This document shows, in pieces, positions 31,501 to 40,900 of a stretch of 64,000 nucleotides of DNA. A program made the position numbers and the translations under genes. The stretch lies in IMG/VR virus record IMGVR_UViG_3300025767_000013, positions 6,658 through 70,657 of that record; one strand, given 5' to 3'. How positions within the stretch are numbered: the stretch's first letter is position 1; the number at the start of each line of letters is the position of its first letter. The stretch comes from a virus. Below the pieces are notes generated by a model. It saw only the letters and a program-made list of their open reading frames with translations. It was not told the DNA's origin and made no database searches.

Positions 31501-33976
31501 ATCTGCTAGTTTGAATACTGATAATAACATCAAAGTTACATCAGCAACTCAAACATTGGGAACTGGAACAACCGATACCTATGTATTAAACACATTAAGT
31601 TCATCATTTGGATTAGTAATGGATATTGTTCTAAACGGAACGGGTTCATTACCAACAATCTCAGATTACACACAATCACTAACTGATTCGGAAATCTTAG
31701 AAGCTTATTCATTGATTAAATCAAACATTGGATTTATTCAAAGTGAATCAATCGCTTACATTTCATCTTCTTGGAGTGAGTTCGAATACAATGAGGCAAG
31801 CTGTTCTCGTGATGTTGGTTTAATTGTAAGTGGAGCAGCTGAAGATTTATTATTCGGTTCAGTATCATCATCGGTGGTTAATGGATACTACTATTACTTA
31901 TTCCCATCGGAAGCAACTGGTTCTCAATTGAATCAAACATTGGATGGTATTAGATACGCAGCTAGATTGACCAATAAGATTGTTCAAAGTGTAACTTTAG
32001 AATACCCATCAACTGAAGCATCTTCATCTTGGGAATTGATTAGAAATAACAAACAATTCATCCAAAGTGAATCAATCGCTTACATCTCATCTTCTTGGAG
32101 TTCATTCGGATACAACGAAGATACTTGTAAGAGAGATATTGGATATATCTTAGATGCAGTAGCAACGGATATCAAATATGGTGGTAACGAAAGAAGTGTA
32201 ACTGCTGGAGATTTCTATTATAGATACCCATCTAACGCAACCACTTCAGAATTGGAACCAACTACAACTGGTATCGAATACGCTGGTGATATGGCTGAGA
32301 AAGTAATTGTTAACCAATTATTCCAATCACCATCATCTGAAGGTATCGCTGGAAATGAAATATTATTGAGAAATAGAGGTTTCATCCAAAACGAAGTAAT
32401 CGCTTACATTTCTTCATCTTGGTCTCAATTTGAATACAATGAAGCAAGTTGCTCGCGTGATACTGGATATATTGTAGATGCAGTAGCAACTGACTTCTTA
32501 TACGGAGGAAACGAAAGAAGTAGAACTGCTGGTGAATACTATTACAAATTCCCATCATCCGCTACTGTTGCTGGAAGTGAATCTCCAAGCGTAAGTGCAC
32601 AATTGTATCCAACGATTGATGGTGTGAGATACGCAAGTAGAATCGCTCAAAAGTTAGTTCAAAACATTGAGTTTGTAACCGCATCAAATGAGGTATCAGC
32701 ATCTTGGAACTTATTAAGAGATAACAAAGAGTTTATCCAAAACGAAGTAATTGCATATATTTCATCTTCTTGGAGTGGTGTTACTTACAACGAAGATAAG
32801 TGTAAGAGAGATGTTGGTTATATCATTGATGCCGCAGCAACTGACCTTTACTATGGTGGACAGGAAAGAAGTGTAACCGCTGGTTCATTCTACTACTTAT
32901 TCCCATCTCGGGCAACTGTGAAAGGAACTCCATCTGAGGCAGCTCAGTTGGACCCAACAATTGATGGTGTAAGATACGCAAACGGATTATCAACAAAAGT
33001 AATTCAGAATGTTACTTTCGTAGAACCATCCGCAGAAGTATTGGTTGGTGCTGATTTATTGATTGGTAACAAACGATTCATCCAATTAGAAACTATTGAA
33101 TATCTTTCATCTTCTTGGAGTGAGTTTGAATACAATGAGGTAAGTTGTTCTCGTGATTTAGGATATATTATTGACGCTGCTCGTACTGACTTGGTTTATG
33201 GTGGTAACGAAAGAAGTATCAAAGCTGGTACATTCTACTACTATATCCCATCAGTAGCAACAACCGAACAAAAACCTCAAACTTTGGATGGTATTGATTT
33301 CGCTAAAGGAATGGCTGAGAAAGTAATTTTGAAAGACCAATTGACGAGAGCAACATTCCAAACTCAACAATCGGTTGATTATTTGAGAGCAAGTAAAAAA
33401 TACTTACAATCAATCGCTATTTCTTACACCGCTGGGGCATTCCCTGATTTTGTTTATAATGAAGAGAAATGTTATAGAGATACTGGTTTCATTGTAGATG
33501 CTATCGCAACTGACCTTCTTTACGGAGGAAACGAAAGAAGTATCAGAGCAGCGGAATCATATTACACTGGTGTGTACGGAAGTGCGGCAGTTGTAATTAC
33601 GGAACAAAAGAAAGAAACCGCTGAAACCAATAGATATTTAAGAACTCAATTCCAAAGAATTGTAAGAAACTCACCTGTTGAGGTATTTGGTTCATTGATT
33701 ATCACAACTGGACATGACTTCTCATATTCTGGTGCTGGTGTTACCTATAAAGCTTTACCTCCTAACCAAGGTGGTGCTGGTGTACCTGACCCGGATAAGG
33801 AAATCACCGAATTGGCTGGTGGTAGAGTTTACTTTACTTCTGGTAACGAACTTGGTGACTTTAGAATTGGTACCGGACTTGTAATTAATCAGGCAACTGG
33901 TACATTGCAGGGTAGAACCTTCTCTCGTTCATTATTCTCGTTAGTTACACCTTTCTCTCTCGCATTGGAAGGGTAA
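19574..33976 (+). CDS. giant repetitive virion fibre protein (4800 aa)
   Basis: N-terminal beta-helix entry IYVSSTRGSDDNDG...PLRTIKKA; 23 helical repeats with C-x-R-D-x-G...D-L-x-x-GGN-x-x-S; second ~50-aa repeat; degenerate cupredoxin; four nested beta domains; C-terminal GRVYFTSGNELGDFRIG. Confidence 0.85.
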   Translation: MARLIPQKQIEEINIFKDSISVANSVFISGSLYVSQSVNIGNSLLDKQEITGSVEITGSLSVDGNLTFKNANNRLDATASFSDVSLDTQLFAGIRPEDFVASEATIYVSSTRGSDDNDGRSPAFPLRTIKKAAQLATPGDDGRYGLPTGSLFTGYRIDVDTGTYIEDNPIELPRNTTVWGSGLRVTKIVAKNENEDLFWVNSGCYLAEMTFAGLRVYPSVDNSQKGFAIAFAPNAFITTSPYIQNCSMISNQENSFLEAYEEIPAGGGGLNVDGNKIHPDSPLASMVLDAYTQIAPNGVGCQVVGRGFIQLVSFFTNFSAYSVKVLDGGQAVLLNSNTSFGDYGMYASGSRFITGSGGNTDAFLNVQDNYSIIVNTIEKGLSAIPALVPNAANGIRVTDPNIIEQYFVSEDSSADVAEAVKSDFRLVSSIVENGNSNVPTLIAKSSTSGYSPTSVYNISGQTQYTSSVSASAEDVALVDTNFDILLDIIERGNAATASYVEISNVSHSIQISDIEQYKGLGSSATTIEKVSSGFNTIMEIISTGITTVDIVSNTSASYKVTDTTIYETDISSSQSTIDYVSSSLSIVYDILANGTASAPTIILSSSIENPTIEIQNAYELLINNIPFIQEETIVYLSSSWSEHPYNQETCKRDIGYIISGAAHDLLYGGNEESVRSGLFYYLYPSNATTSELDPTLTGIKYASGLAQNILAGKIFSDTTVENENGYDVIFQNKDFVIEETILYISSSWSGFDYNEAKCRRDTGYILDAVATDLRYDGNERSVTAGEFYYKYPSQATSTQLNQTIDAINYAKRLTEKLLNNDTFGQPSASVIGAVDLMRENRSLIQDETITFINTQYPNFDYNQTKCRRDVGYIIDNIATDLLYGGNERTEIAGLYYFLYPSIANTTQLTETLLAIEYVNGLVDEVIQSNVLPTPQVVLNVDGNIKVTTYNSVTSSISATDTEVTLVSQSFNIVEDIIRYGTDYITSTIAGNSNDYIWTTSTPLNVSGRTQITSSEVDSENLQIIQNNFGVVTDIIAGGVGATPTLVENVSSSIKVTSTTQFTNGSSVATSAEAALVSASIAIVTDIVQNGTASLPDLVQNTSASIKVSGETQTTSAISASITEANKVSSSFEIVTDIVENGVSVIPTIVSNTNENIKFFNDSVQYISSSYSGSSEDVAFISSSISIVTDIITNGTGSLPTIVDYTQSLDSENAIAAYEILKNNISFIQDETIAYLSSSWSTASYDESKCRRDVGLIISGAAEDLLWGANSASVMNGYYYYLFPSQAQGAQLNQTLDGIFYASKLAQKLVQNIEFATASEERRATWDLITNNTEFIKEETIAYLSSSWSNFDYNEVTCKRDVGYILDAVKTDVYYGGNERTAKAGEFYYLYPSQATIGNDGDTGGQLNQTLDGIRYAGRIAKNIVQSIELSSPSQAVLDAKELLFENKTFIQNEVIAFISSSWSEFSYNQTTCKRDVGYILDAAITDMVYGGNERGRIAAEYYYRYPSSAIVGGVPSSTQQKDPTVDGINYTNALAQKIVLGSVFVDADSTKLSIRNSIVENKAYVQQNVIDYINDTYPTLNYNDSKCYRDIGFIIDAVVTDLVYGGNQRSIKAGTFYYLFPSEATYSQLTETINGINFGRDLVKLVVKGAKSIEDSFDVVVKIIESGSSVVTEQTIGTDSNGAPISTVGIPKNSYGDNLVTTVVGTTIPAEIELVKNTEAGIKLGNDVQITSSLSAGTDEINKVSSSFSIVTDIVKYGITPTLEVSGSSEFVTYYEVVTLEEGNYLFNKNQLSKFDNAFTESFDDGIVDPEITLKRGELYTFSVNSLNIVNADISVLKPFYIKTKRTAGTNDLYNDGITGNGTSFGTVTFIVPFDAPDTLYYVNSNNVSASGIINIVDELPLSDTQRYVTIPSLGEVEVVTNNVDNIKINNIDQYTSEYTASAVQSVAISSSFATTVDILFNGVDNLPTQIKNVEGLVKKNNIAQYTSSVDTTEGLRNTISSSFDIVLDIVENGTGSIPTIVDNTTDLIKVTSEAQYVSSTSAGSDEIQSVSSSFAIVLDILKNGVGSLPTEIENVSGSIKKTTFEQYISASSATQTEIAKVSSSVAIVTDIISNGVDSLPIVVDNTSELIKVTTTEQYTGSLSGSLEDVAAISSSISIVTDVIANGLFGLPTVTAYTASVSTPSTLAAYEIIKENIDFIQNETIAYLSSSWSTASYDEAKCRRDVGLIISGAAEDLLFNSISASVVNGYYYYLFPSQAQGAQLNQTLDGVFYASKLAQQLVQNNIFVTASSERLLTAELITNNTEFIQEETIAYLSSSWSSFDYNETTCKRDVGYILDAVKTDIVYGGNERSVKAGEFYYLYPSAATGSQLNQTLDGINYAGKLAQRVIQNIEFVTASEFVSASYDLIVNNIDFVKEETIAYLSSSWSGFSYNETTCKRDVGYILDAVATDLYYGGNERSITAGEFYYLYPSNATGSELIQTLDGINYARRLANEIIQNNQFALAPFSRTNAVDVLIENKLFIQEEVISYVSSSWSGVFYNEDKCKRDVGYILDAVATDTLYGGNERSSKAGEFYYLYPSRATNAGVPSEQNQLDSTLDGITYAKLVSDKLLQNEIFVTASTQVVEVVKLITENKPFIQAEVISYISSSWSNFEYNEASCSRDVGYILDAVATDFYYGGNERSITAGEFYYLFPSAATVSGSESPSVSAQLYPTVDGVTYAQRLTNKLVNNINLVTASLERQTTYNLLLDNKELLQNEVISFMSSSWSGFEYIEAKCRRDVGYIVDAVATDVLYGGNERSITAGEFYYLYPSEATTVQSDQTITGINHAAGLADKIVQNTLLVNPNSDLLAKYNLILDNKELVQDNVIRFVDMKYPYFTYNRVKCRRDVGFIIDAVATDLLWGGNERSIIAGDYYYRYPSEATTIQLGETTEAIRYAKGIVKQILLNTLLEVPSVKSNTENNIRFTDTTQYTGSLAISGSNLTDISSSFELVTGIITSGISSYTPSTATYNPANGDFTMTIVRHGLDVGDSIYLKPESFTFTCEMDGNRTEHKLPAAGQPAYDSRLTIKSVTSNTVTVNVGKSGPNVEFNPTNASYDPSTGDFVVTVASHSLSVGEGVVMAAESFAFTCDMDNDQSVKSYPRVGIDPFAVRSIPLTSVTDTTMTFNVGASGPNKYFTPVSASYNALTGDMILTVSESFGLGVGRSVVLENESFAFTCDMDGNTTTHSYPRSGSDPYAEKSILITSVGTTSHTPTDAPYNPTTGVVTLTIANHGFSNGDYVKVDDGALTYTCVSDNNQTEHSYPRAGYDYPSGRWLEISNVTTNTFDINVGSSSYLGEHTFVTASLNGIKRQDGTFTINVGDAGSASGSIHTFVSASANAVKHEPQSVHTFVSASNGALKHLPQSTHTFVRTQRDSVTTLPIEVKNIENLIKVTDATQTTSSLSGSGVEVGIVSASIDMINDIIRLGSDNIPFAIAKNFQTSELDTPQNLTTGRYVTASGDYEVGNELAIVTSSFAQINDVIENGLTSLPTLVLNTNNNIKVTNVTQYTSSLSGSSTETSKVSASVDIIETIVQNGVGSIPTIVQNNTNTSNLIKVGNVEQYISASGADKIQSKIVSSSFGIVIDILVNGTGSLPTIVEYTNQVDAPKTVLAYNLLKENIEFIQNETILFMSSSWSGFEYNEASCSRDVGLIVSGVAEDLIYNANSASVVNGYYYYLFPSQATGSQLDQTVTAIRYASNLAQNIVRNRTYVTASIEVSASYDLLIQNKEFIVSESISFVSSSWSDFYYNQNTCGRDVRYIVDAVATDLIYGGNERSVTAGKYYYDYPSSAIVGGVPSSTQQKDPTVTAINYVKGLVTEIVGGAVFQTASNEVEYTYDTIRTNRGFIQNEVIAFVNAKYPNLFYNEASCSRDTGFIVDAVATDLRWGGNQRSREAGRFYYLFPSKATNVQLGETTDAVTYASDLVTEIVLKNTLSIPSASLNTDNNIKVTSATQTLGTGTTDTYVLNTLSSSFGLVMDIVLNGTGSLPTISDYTQSLTDSEILEAYSLIKSNIGFIQSESIAYISSSWSEFEYNEASCSRDVGLIVSGAAEDLLFGSVSSSVVNGYYYYLFPSEATGSQLNQTLDGIRYAARLTNKIVQSVTLEYPSTEASSSWELIRNNKQFIQSESIAYISSSWSSFGYNEDTCKRDIGYILDAVATDIKYGGNERSVTAGDFYYRYPSNATTSELEPTTTGIEYAGDMAEKVIVNQLFQSPSSEGIAGNEILLRNRGFIQNEVIAYISSSWSQFEYNEASCSRDTGYIVDAVATDFLYGGNERSRTAGEYYYKFPSSATVAGSESPSVSAQLYPTIDGVRYASRIAQKLVQNIEFVTASNEVSASWNLLRDNKEFIQNEVIAYISSSWSGVTYNEDKCKRDVGYIIDAAATDLYYGGQERSVTAGSFYYLFPSRATVKGTPSEAAQLDPTIDGVRYANGLSTKVIQNVTFVEPSAEVLVGADLLIGNKRFIQLETIEYLSSSWSEFEYNEVSCSRDLGYIIDAARTDLVYGGNERSIKAGTFYYYIPSVATTEQKPQTLDGIDFAKGMAEKVILKDQLTRATFQTQQSVDYLRASKKYLQSIAISYTAGAFPDFVYNEEKCYRDTGFIVDAIATDLLYGGNERSIRAAESYYTGVYGSAAVVITEQKKETAETNRYLRTQFQRIVRNSPVEVFGSLIITTGHDFSYSGAGVTYKALPPNQGGAGVPDPDKEITELAGGRVYFTSGNELGDFRIGTGLVINQATGTLQGRTFSRSLFSLVTPFSLALEG
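21400..33660 (+). repeat. protein-level ~100-aa repeat (FIQxE..SSSWS..YN..CxRDxG..GGNERS), 23 copies
   Basis: Counted 23 CxRD motifs in the translation; boundaries approximate. Confidence 0.85.
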
Positions 33977-33991
33977 TATCTAAAGAAGTAA

Positions 33992-33999
33992 TATTTATA
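33992..33999 (+). promoter_or_regulatory. putative late promoter element TATTTATA
   Basis: Recurrent motif 18 nt upstream of ATG 34018. Confidence 0.65.
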
Positions 34000-34017
34000 T
34001 AGGAAAAAGAAGAAATT

Positions 34018-34881
34018 ATGGCAGATGTTTTTGTACCCTTAAACGCATTTAAGTCGGTAGTAACTACTCTGACTGGAGAAGATGACCAAATTTATACTAC
34101 TCCAGCCGGAGTTTCTACTATTATGCTATCAGCTCAAATCACTAATAATAATGATTCTGAGGCTGAAAATGTAACTATTAAGTTGACATCCAATAGAGAA
34201 ATACCAGTTCCTCAAGTAGCTGATATTATCAATACTGGTAGTATGTATAGTGCTTCCGCACTTTTGGAAGAAAATTTAACATTTTTGAAAAAAGAAGTAG
34301 CAGCTTATACTCAATTTAATAATAACCTATTGGATACTCCATTTGGGTTTTCACAATCCAGATATGAGGCATATGTAGATACTGCTGTAAACGCTGCTGC
34401 ATATGATATAGCTAATGGTGGTACAATTAGAACAACAAAAGCAGCATTATCTTTTTATAATAAAAATGGTGTATCGTTAATTCCTGATGGGCAAGTAACA
34501 GCATCCAAAGATGCAATTGATTATACAAATGTATTAGCTCAGCAAATCATACTAAATGAATCAGTAACTGGTTCGACTGATGTAATAAGATTATACCAAA
34601 CAACATATACTCAATCATTCAATTATGATTTAATTGCCGAAACTGGGTCCGCAGAATTTATTTCTGAAATATTTACTGTTATATCGGATACAATTTATGA
34701 CCCAGTCAGAGAATTGCAGGAATCGATAGAATTTGTTAATAATTTTCCTATACCAATTGGGGATTCATTTTCACCAGTAGTAGCTGGTAAATTGGTATTA
34801 GAAGAAGAATTTGGATTAATTTTTTCAGGTTCTGAAAATTTGAAGGTAGTTCTATCACTTCTTGAAAGTGCAAATGAATAA
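34018..34881 (+). CDS. fibre accessory protein: small beta-sandwich with one inserted helical repeat
   Basis: Ends resemble the 110-aa protein at 47848; middle resembles one degenerate repeat of the 4800-aa protein. Confidence 0.65.
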   Translation: MADVFVPLNAFKSVVTTLTGEDDQIYTTPAGVSTIMLSAQITNNNDSEAENVTIKLTSNREIPVPQVADIINTGSMYSASALLEENLTFLKKEVAAYTQFNNNLLDTPFGFSQSRYEAYVDTAVNAAAYDIANGGTIRTTKAALSFYNKNGVSLIPDGQVTASKDAIDYTNVLAQQIILNESVTGSTDVIRLYQTTYTQSFNYDLIAETGSAEFISEIFTVISDTIYDPVRELQESIEFVNNFPIPIGDSFSPVVAGKLVLEEEFGLIFSGSENLKVVLSLLESANE

Positions 34882-34903
34882 TTATTAAGTGAATAAATCA
34901 TAA

Positions 34904-37900
34904 ATGAGTCAATTATTAAGTGGTAAGGTAAAAGTAACTCGTCCCCAAGATGTATCGGCGGATAGGTATGAGTATCTGCGATTAAATGAAGCAGAACCTA
35001 ACTTTGGTGTACCTGAAGCTGGTTTAATCGATACGGGTTCAGTTGCACTTATCGCTACTGATTATGAGGGTAATCGTTTATTTGTTACCCGAATTCAATT
35101 AGAGGAATATAGTGGTTCATTTAGTGGTTCATTTCAAGGAGATGGTTCTCAGTTAACAAATCTACCTGATACAAGTAGATTAATAAGTGGTTCAGCATCT
35201 GCTTCAATTTCACCAAATTTTGGATTCTTGGTAAATGTATCTTCATCTTTTGATGGAGATATTGATGTTAATGGTGATGTTCGAATTATTGGTGATTTAT
35301 ATGTAGATAATAGAATTGTAGCAAGAGAACTTCTTGTAGAAATTATCTCATCATCAATTATTTTCTCATCTGGTTCAAACCGATTTGGAAATACAACCGC
35401 AGATTCACAAGAACTTACTGGTTCGGTTGGTATTACTGGTTCTCTTAATGTAGATGGTAATACGAATCTAACTTATAATGTAGTTGTTGGTGAAAATTTA
35501 GATGTAAGTGGTAGTGTTAATATTGGTGGCGATTTAAGTACAAATAACATTACCGCATCATATGTATCATCTTCATTCTTTGAAGGAGATGGTAGTAGAT
35601 TATTCAACCTACCAGCTGCAGCTGAATCAACAAGAATCGTTGATGGTAATGTAACCGCATCCGTTAGTAACGAAGAAGGTTTCATAGTAATTTCAGTAGA
35701 TAGTGGTTCACAGTTTACTGGTTCATTGTTTGTAAGTGGAAATATTGAAATTAATAGTGGTTCATCCTTCTCTGGTAGTGGCGAAAACCTTTTCAATATT
35801 CCAAGAGCAGCATTAACACCTGATGCACTTTTATCATCATTTATTGTTAGTGGTTCTGTAACCGCATCGGTTGACCCTAATGAGGGATTTGTTGTAACCT
35901 CAATTGAAAGTGGTTCCACTTTTAGCGGTAGTATCTTTATGGCTAGTGGTTCATTCATTAGTTCATCTGGTAGATTATTTTTTGATATTCCCCGCTCCGC
36001 TCTTACTGAAGATGCACTTTTATCATCATTTATAGCAAGTGGTTCAGTAACTGCATCTGTATCTCCTGATAAGGGATTTGTTGTAACCTCAGTTCAAAGT
36101 GGTTCAACCTTTAGTGGTTCGATATTTTTAGCTAGTGGTTCTTATATTAGTGGTAGTGGTGAACAATTATTTGATATTCCATTCTCAGCACTTTCCGATG
36201 AAGCTCAAGCAGCGGTAGAAGCAGTATTATCTTTCCAAGCGGGAAGAATAGCAACTGGTTCTGTAACCGCATCGGTTGATGCCAATAGGGGATTTATTGT
36301 TGAATCACCAATCTATGGTTCTGAGTTTACTGGTTCATTGGAGGTAACCTCTTATGTATCGGCATCAATGTTTACTGGTAGTGGTGCGGGGTTATATGAT
36401 ATTCCTCGTTCAGCACTTACCGAAGATGCTTTACTTTCCGCATTTATTGTTAGTGGTTCAGTAACGGCATCGGTTTCACCTGATAAGGGATTCTTAGTAA
36501 CTTCTACCGCAAGTGGTTCTACATTTAGTGGTTCCGTTTTCTTGAGTAGTGGTTCATTCTTTAGTGGTTCTGGTGAAAAATTATTTAATATTCCTCGTTC
36601 AGCATTATCACCCGATGCATTAGTATCATCTTTGATAGCATCTGGTTCGGTAACAGCATCTACATCACCTGATAGGGGTTTTGTTGTAGTATCTCAAGCA
36701 AGTGGTTCTGAATTCACTGGTTCGGTTGATATAAGAGGTAATATTATAGCAACTGGAAATGTATCAGCATCAATCTTTAGTGGTAGTGGTGCTGGATTAT
36801 TTAATATTCCTAAATCAGCACTTGCTGATGAAGTATTAATTGCAACTCAAATATCAACGGGTTCAGTAACCGCATCAGTTTCTGATGTATATGGATTCAG
36901 AGTAGAATCTTTACTAAAGGGTTCTGAATTTACTGGCTCTATTGATGTTACTGGTGATATAAGATTAAACTCAGGTTCAGTTTTTGTAACCAGTGGTTCA
37001 TTCTTTAGTGGTAGTGGTGAGAAGTTATTTAACATCCCACTTTCGGCACTTGCTGAAGAAGTAGTAGCATCAACTCAAATTGCGGAAGGTGATGTATCGG
37101 CTTCGGTTGACTTTAGAGATGGATTTATTGTTAAATCCATTAAGAGTGGTTCATCATTCCAAGGAAAAGTATCAGTAACTGGTTCTTTATTCGTTAGTGG
37201 AAGTACAATCGAAATTTACTCTGGTTCATTTAGTGGTAGTGGTGCTAAATTATTTGATATTCCGAGAGCAGCATTAACACCGGATGCATTACTTACTCCA
37301 TTGATTGTAAGTGGGGCAATTACCGCATCGGTATCGCCTGATAGAGGTTTTGTTGTAGTATCGGTAAATAGTGGTTCTGAATTCACTGGTTCGGTGGATG
37401 TATTGGGAGCTGTAACCGCATCTGCATTTAGAGGTAGCGGTAGAGATTTAACCGATGTTTCGGTTACATCTATGAGTACGGGTTCCGCAACTGCTTCAGT
37501 AAGTGCGGATGGCCAATTTAATGTAACATCACCGCTTGGTACAAATATCAATGGTTCGATTACTACAACAGGTAACATTACAGCGGCCTCTTATGTAAGT
37601 GCATCTACCTTCAAAGGTAGTGGTGCTGAATTAACTGATATTGTTTCTACTGAAATTGTAAGTGGTTCGGTATCTGCTAGAGTAACCCCTGAAGATGGAT
37701 TCGTAGTAACCTCGATTGAAAGTGGTTCATTCTTCGATGGTGATGTATTCGTAAATGGAATTGTACAAGCTGGCTCTGGAAATTATTTTAGTGGTAGTGG
37801 TGAGGGATTATTTAATATCCCAAGAGCAGCACTTACCGAAGATGCTTTGGTAACATCATTTATTGCTAGTGGTTCGGTAACGGCATCTACTTCTCCAAAC

Positions 37901-40900
37901 TTTGGATTTAGAGTAGAATCAGCTGCTAGTGGTTCTCAAATTACTGGCTCACTTAGAGTAAACGATACATTACAAGTAACATCAACTGATGTTAGGGCAA
38001 TTATAGGTAAGTTTTTTAGTGGTAGTGGACAAGGTTTAACTAATATCCCCCGTTCGGCTTTAACCGAAGATGCACTTATTTCAACATTCATTGCGTCTGG
38101 TTCGGTAACCGCATCTGTTGCACCTAAAGATGGATTTGTAGTAACCTCCGTTACAAGTGGTTCTACTTTCTATGGTGAGGTTAGAGTAGCAAGTGGTTCA
38201 TCTTATAGTGGTAGTGGTGCTAAATTATTCAATATTCCAAAATCCGCAATTTCGGATTTGGACACATCTAAAATCTTTAGTGGTTCAGTTACCGCATCAA
38301 CATCTCCACAAAATGGATTTGTTGTAACTTCAACTGTTAGTGGTTCTACTTTCTATGGTGAACTTAGAGTTATTACTGGTTCATCATTCTCTGGTAGTGG
38401 TGCTAAATTATTCGATATTCCAAGAACTGCACTTACTGAAGATGCACTTCTTTCCTCATTTATAGCAAGTGGTTCAGTAACCGCATCTACATCTCCAAAT
38501 AAGGGATTTGTAGTAACATCTACCGCAAGTGGGTCAACCTTCTCAGGTTCAATCTTTCTGAGTAGTGGTTCATTCTTTAGTGGTAGTGGTGAGAAACTTT
38601 TCAATATTCCAAGAACAGCATTAACACCTGATGCTTTAGTTAGTACATTAATTGCGAGTGGTTCTGCTACCGCATCTATTTCACCTGTTGAAGGATTTGT
38701 GGTTAATACCTCATCTTCTATTGATGGTGATTTGACAGTTACGGGTAAAATTACCGCAACTGAGTTAAATGTAACATTCATTAATTCAGAAGTAATTTAC
38801 TCATCGGGTTCAAACATATTTGGTGATAGTTTAACCAATGATACTCAACAAATGACTGGTTCGGTTGAGGTAACTGGTTCATTGACTGTTGAGGGTGTAA
38901 TTACTGGAGATGGTAGTGGATTATACAATATTCCACAATCTGCACTTACTGAAGCAGCAACATTGATTGCTAGTGGAAGTGTAACCGCATCAGTTGACCC
39001 TGATGCTGGGTTTGTTGTAACTTCAGTTGATAATGGTTCAACATTTAGTGGTTCGGTTTACTTATCATCTGGTTCATTCTTCTCTGGTAGTGGTGAGAAC
39101 TTATTCAATATTCCAAGAACCGCATTTAGTGGTGATTCATTCAGAATTGCATCTGGCTCAGTAACTGCATCGGTTTCACCTGATTTTGGATTTGTGGTAG
39201 AATCGGTGGACAGTGGTTCTATCTTTAGTGGTAGTATCTACTTATCATCTGGTTCATTCTTTAGTGGTAGTGGTGAAAACCTTTTTAATATACCATTATC
39301 TGCATTATCCGAAATATCATCATTCATTGCTAGTGGTAGTGTAACCGCATCGGTTTCACCTGATTTTGGATTTGTAGTAACTTCGGTAGAAAGTGGTTCA
39401 ACTTTTAGTGGAAGTATTTTCCTAAGTAGTGGTTCATCATTCTCTGGTAGTGGCGAAAACTTATTTAACATTCCCCGTTCAGCTCTTACCCAAGACGCAC
39501 TTATTTCAACTGAAATCAAATCTGGTTCAGTAACCGCATCTGTTTCGCCTGACTTTGGATTTGTTGTAATTTCTGAAGCTAGTGGTTCTACATTTAGTGG
39601 TTCGGTAGTTGTAAGTGGTAGTGTTGATGCACAAATAGTAAGAGCAGATGAATTATCTGGTTCGTTCTCTGGTTCATTCTTTGGAGATGGTGGTGGATTA
39701 ACAAACATCCAATTAGCAAACTTATCGTTAGAGATTAGTAGAATTGCATCTGGTTCAGTTACCGCATCTACTTCACCTGATGGATTTATAGTTGAATCAA
39801 CTGAAAGTGGTTCATTTATTAGTGGTTCAGTTGAAATCACTGGTAGTTTGACAGTAATCGATGGAATCATTACCGGTGATGGTAGTGGGTTGAGAAACAT
39901 CGATATCGCTAACTTAGCAATTGATTCATCTCGTATCTTCACCGGTTCAGTAACCGCATCCGTTCAGCAAGACGGATTCTTCAGAGTTGGTGATGGCTCA
40001 GAATTTAATCCTGTTAAATCTGAATTTAGTGGTTCTGTTTTTGTATCCGAATCACTATATGTAAATCAATTTATATTTGGTGATGGTACTTACCTACAAA
40101 ATGTAACAGCAGCAGCTTCACCAAGAATCCAAAGTGGTTCGGTAACCGCATCGGTTTCACCCGTTTATGGATTCAGAGTAGAATCGGAAAAAAGTGGTTC
40201 TGAGTTCACCGGTTCGGTTAACATTAGTGGTTCTATATCAGCATCACTTTATGTGGGTGATGGTAGTGGATTATTCAATATCCCACCGGAATCTATTGAA
40301 GGACTTGAGTTATTCAAAATTAACTCTGGTTCTGGTATTGCTATTATTGACCCTGATAAGTTAGATGTTAATGTTCCAATTACCGCATCTCGATACGATG
40401 GTGATGGTTCTGGACTTTTCAATATCCCGGCGGAATCTCTTACTGACCTTAAATTAGATAGGATTGAATCTGGTTCTGCAATTGCATTGATTTCTCCTAA
40501 CAAAGGATTGGAAGTAAATGTTGATGTTAATTTATCTCAATCATTATATGTAAGTGGTGGTATATTCGTAACTGGTTCTGATGTTGTATTGGCAAGTGGT
40601 TCAACATTCATTGGTGATGGTAGTGGATTAACAAATATCAATATTGCTAATCTATCATTTGAAACTTCACTCTTACAAAGTGGTTCGGCAATTGCACAAA
40701 TTTCTCCAAACCTTGGATTTGTTATCAATGTATCATCTTCAATTAGTGGAAACTTAGATGTTACTAATCAAATTTACGCACCAATTATTCGTGGTGGTGA
40801 AATTAGCGGTTCATTATATGGTGGTTACTATGGTGAGGGTGATGCGGAAGATAGAGATATTCTTATCTATGATGCGGCCCGTTCTAAATATGTTCCTGTT

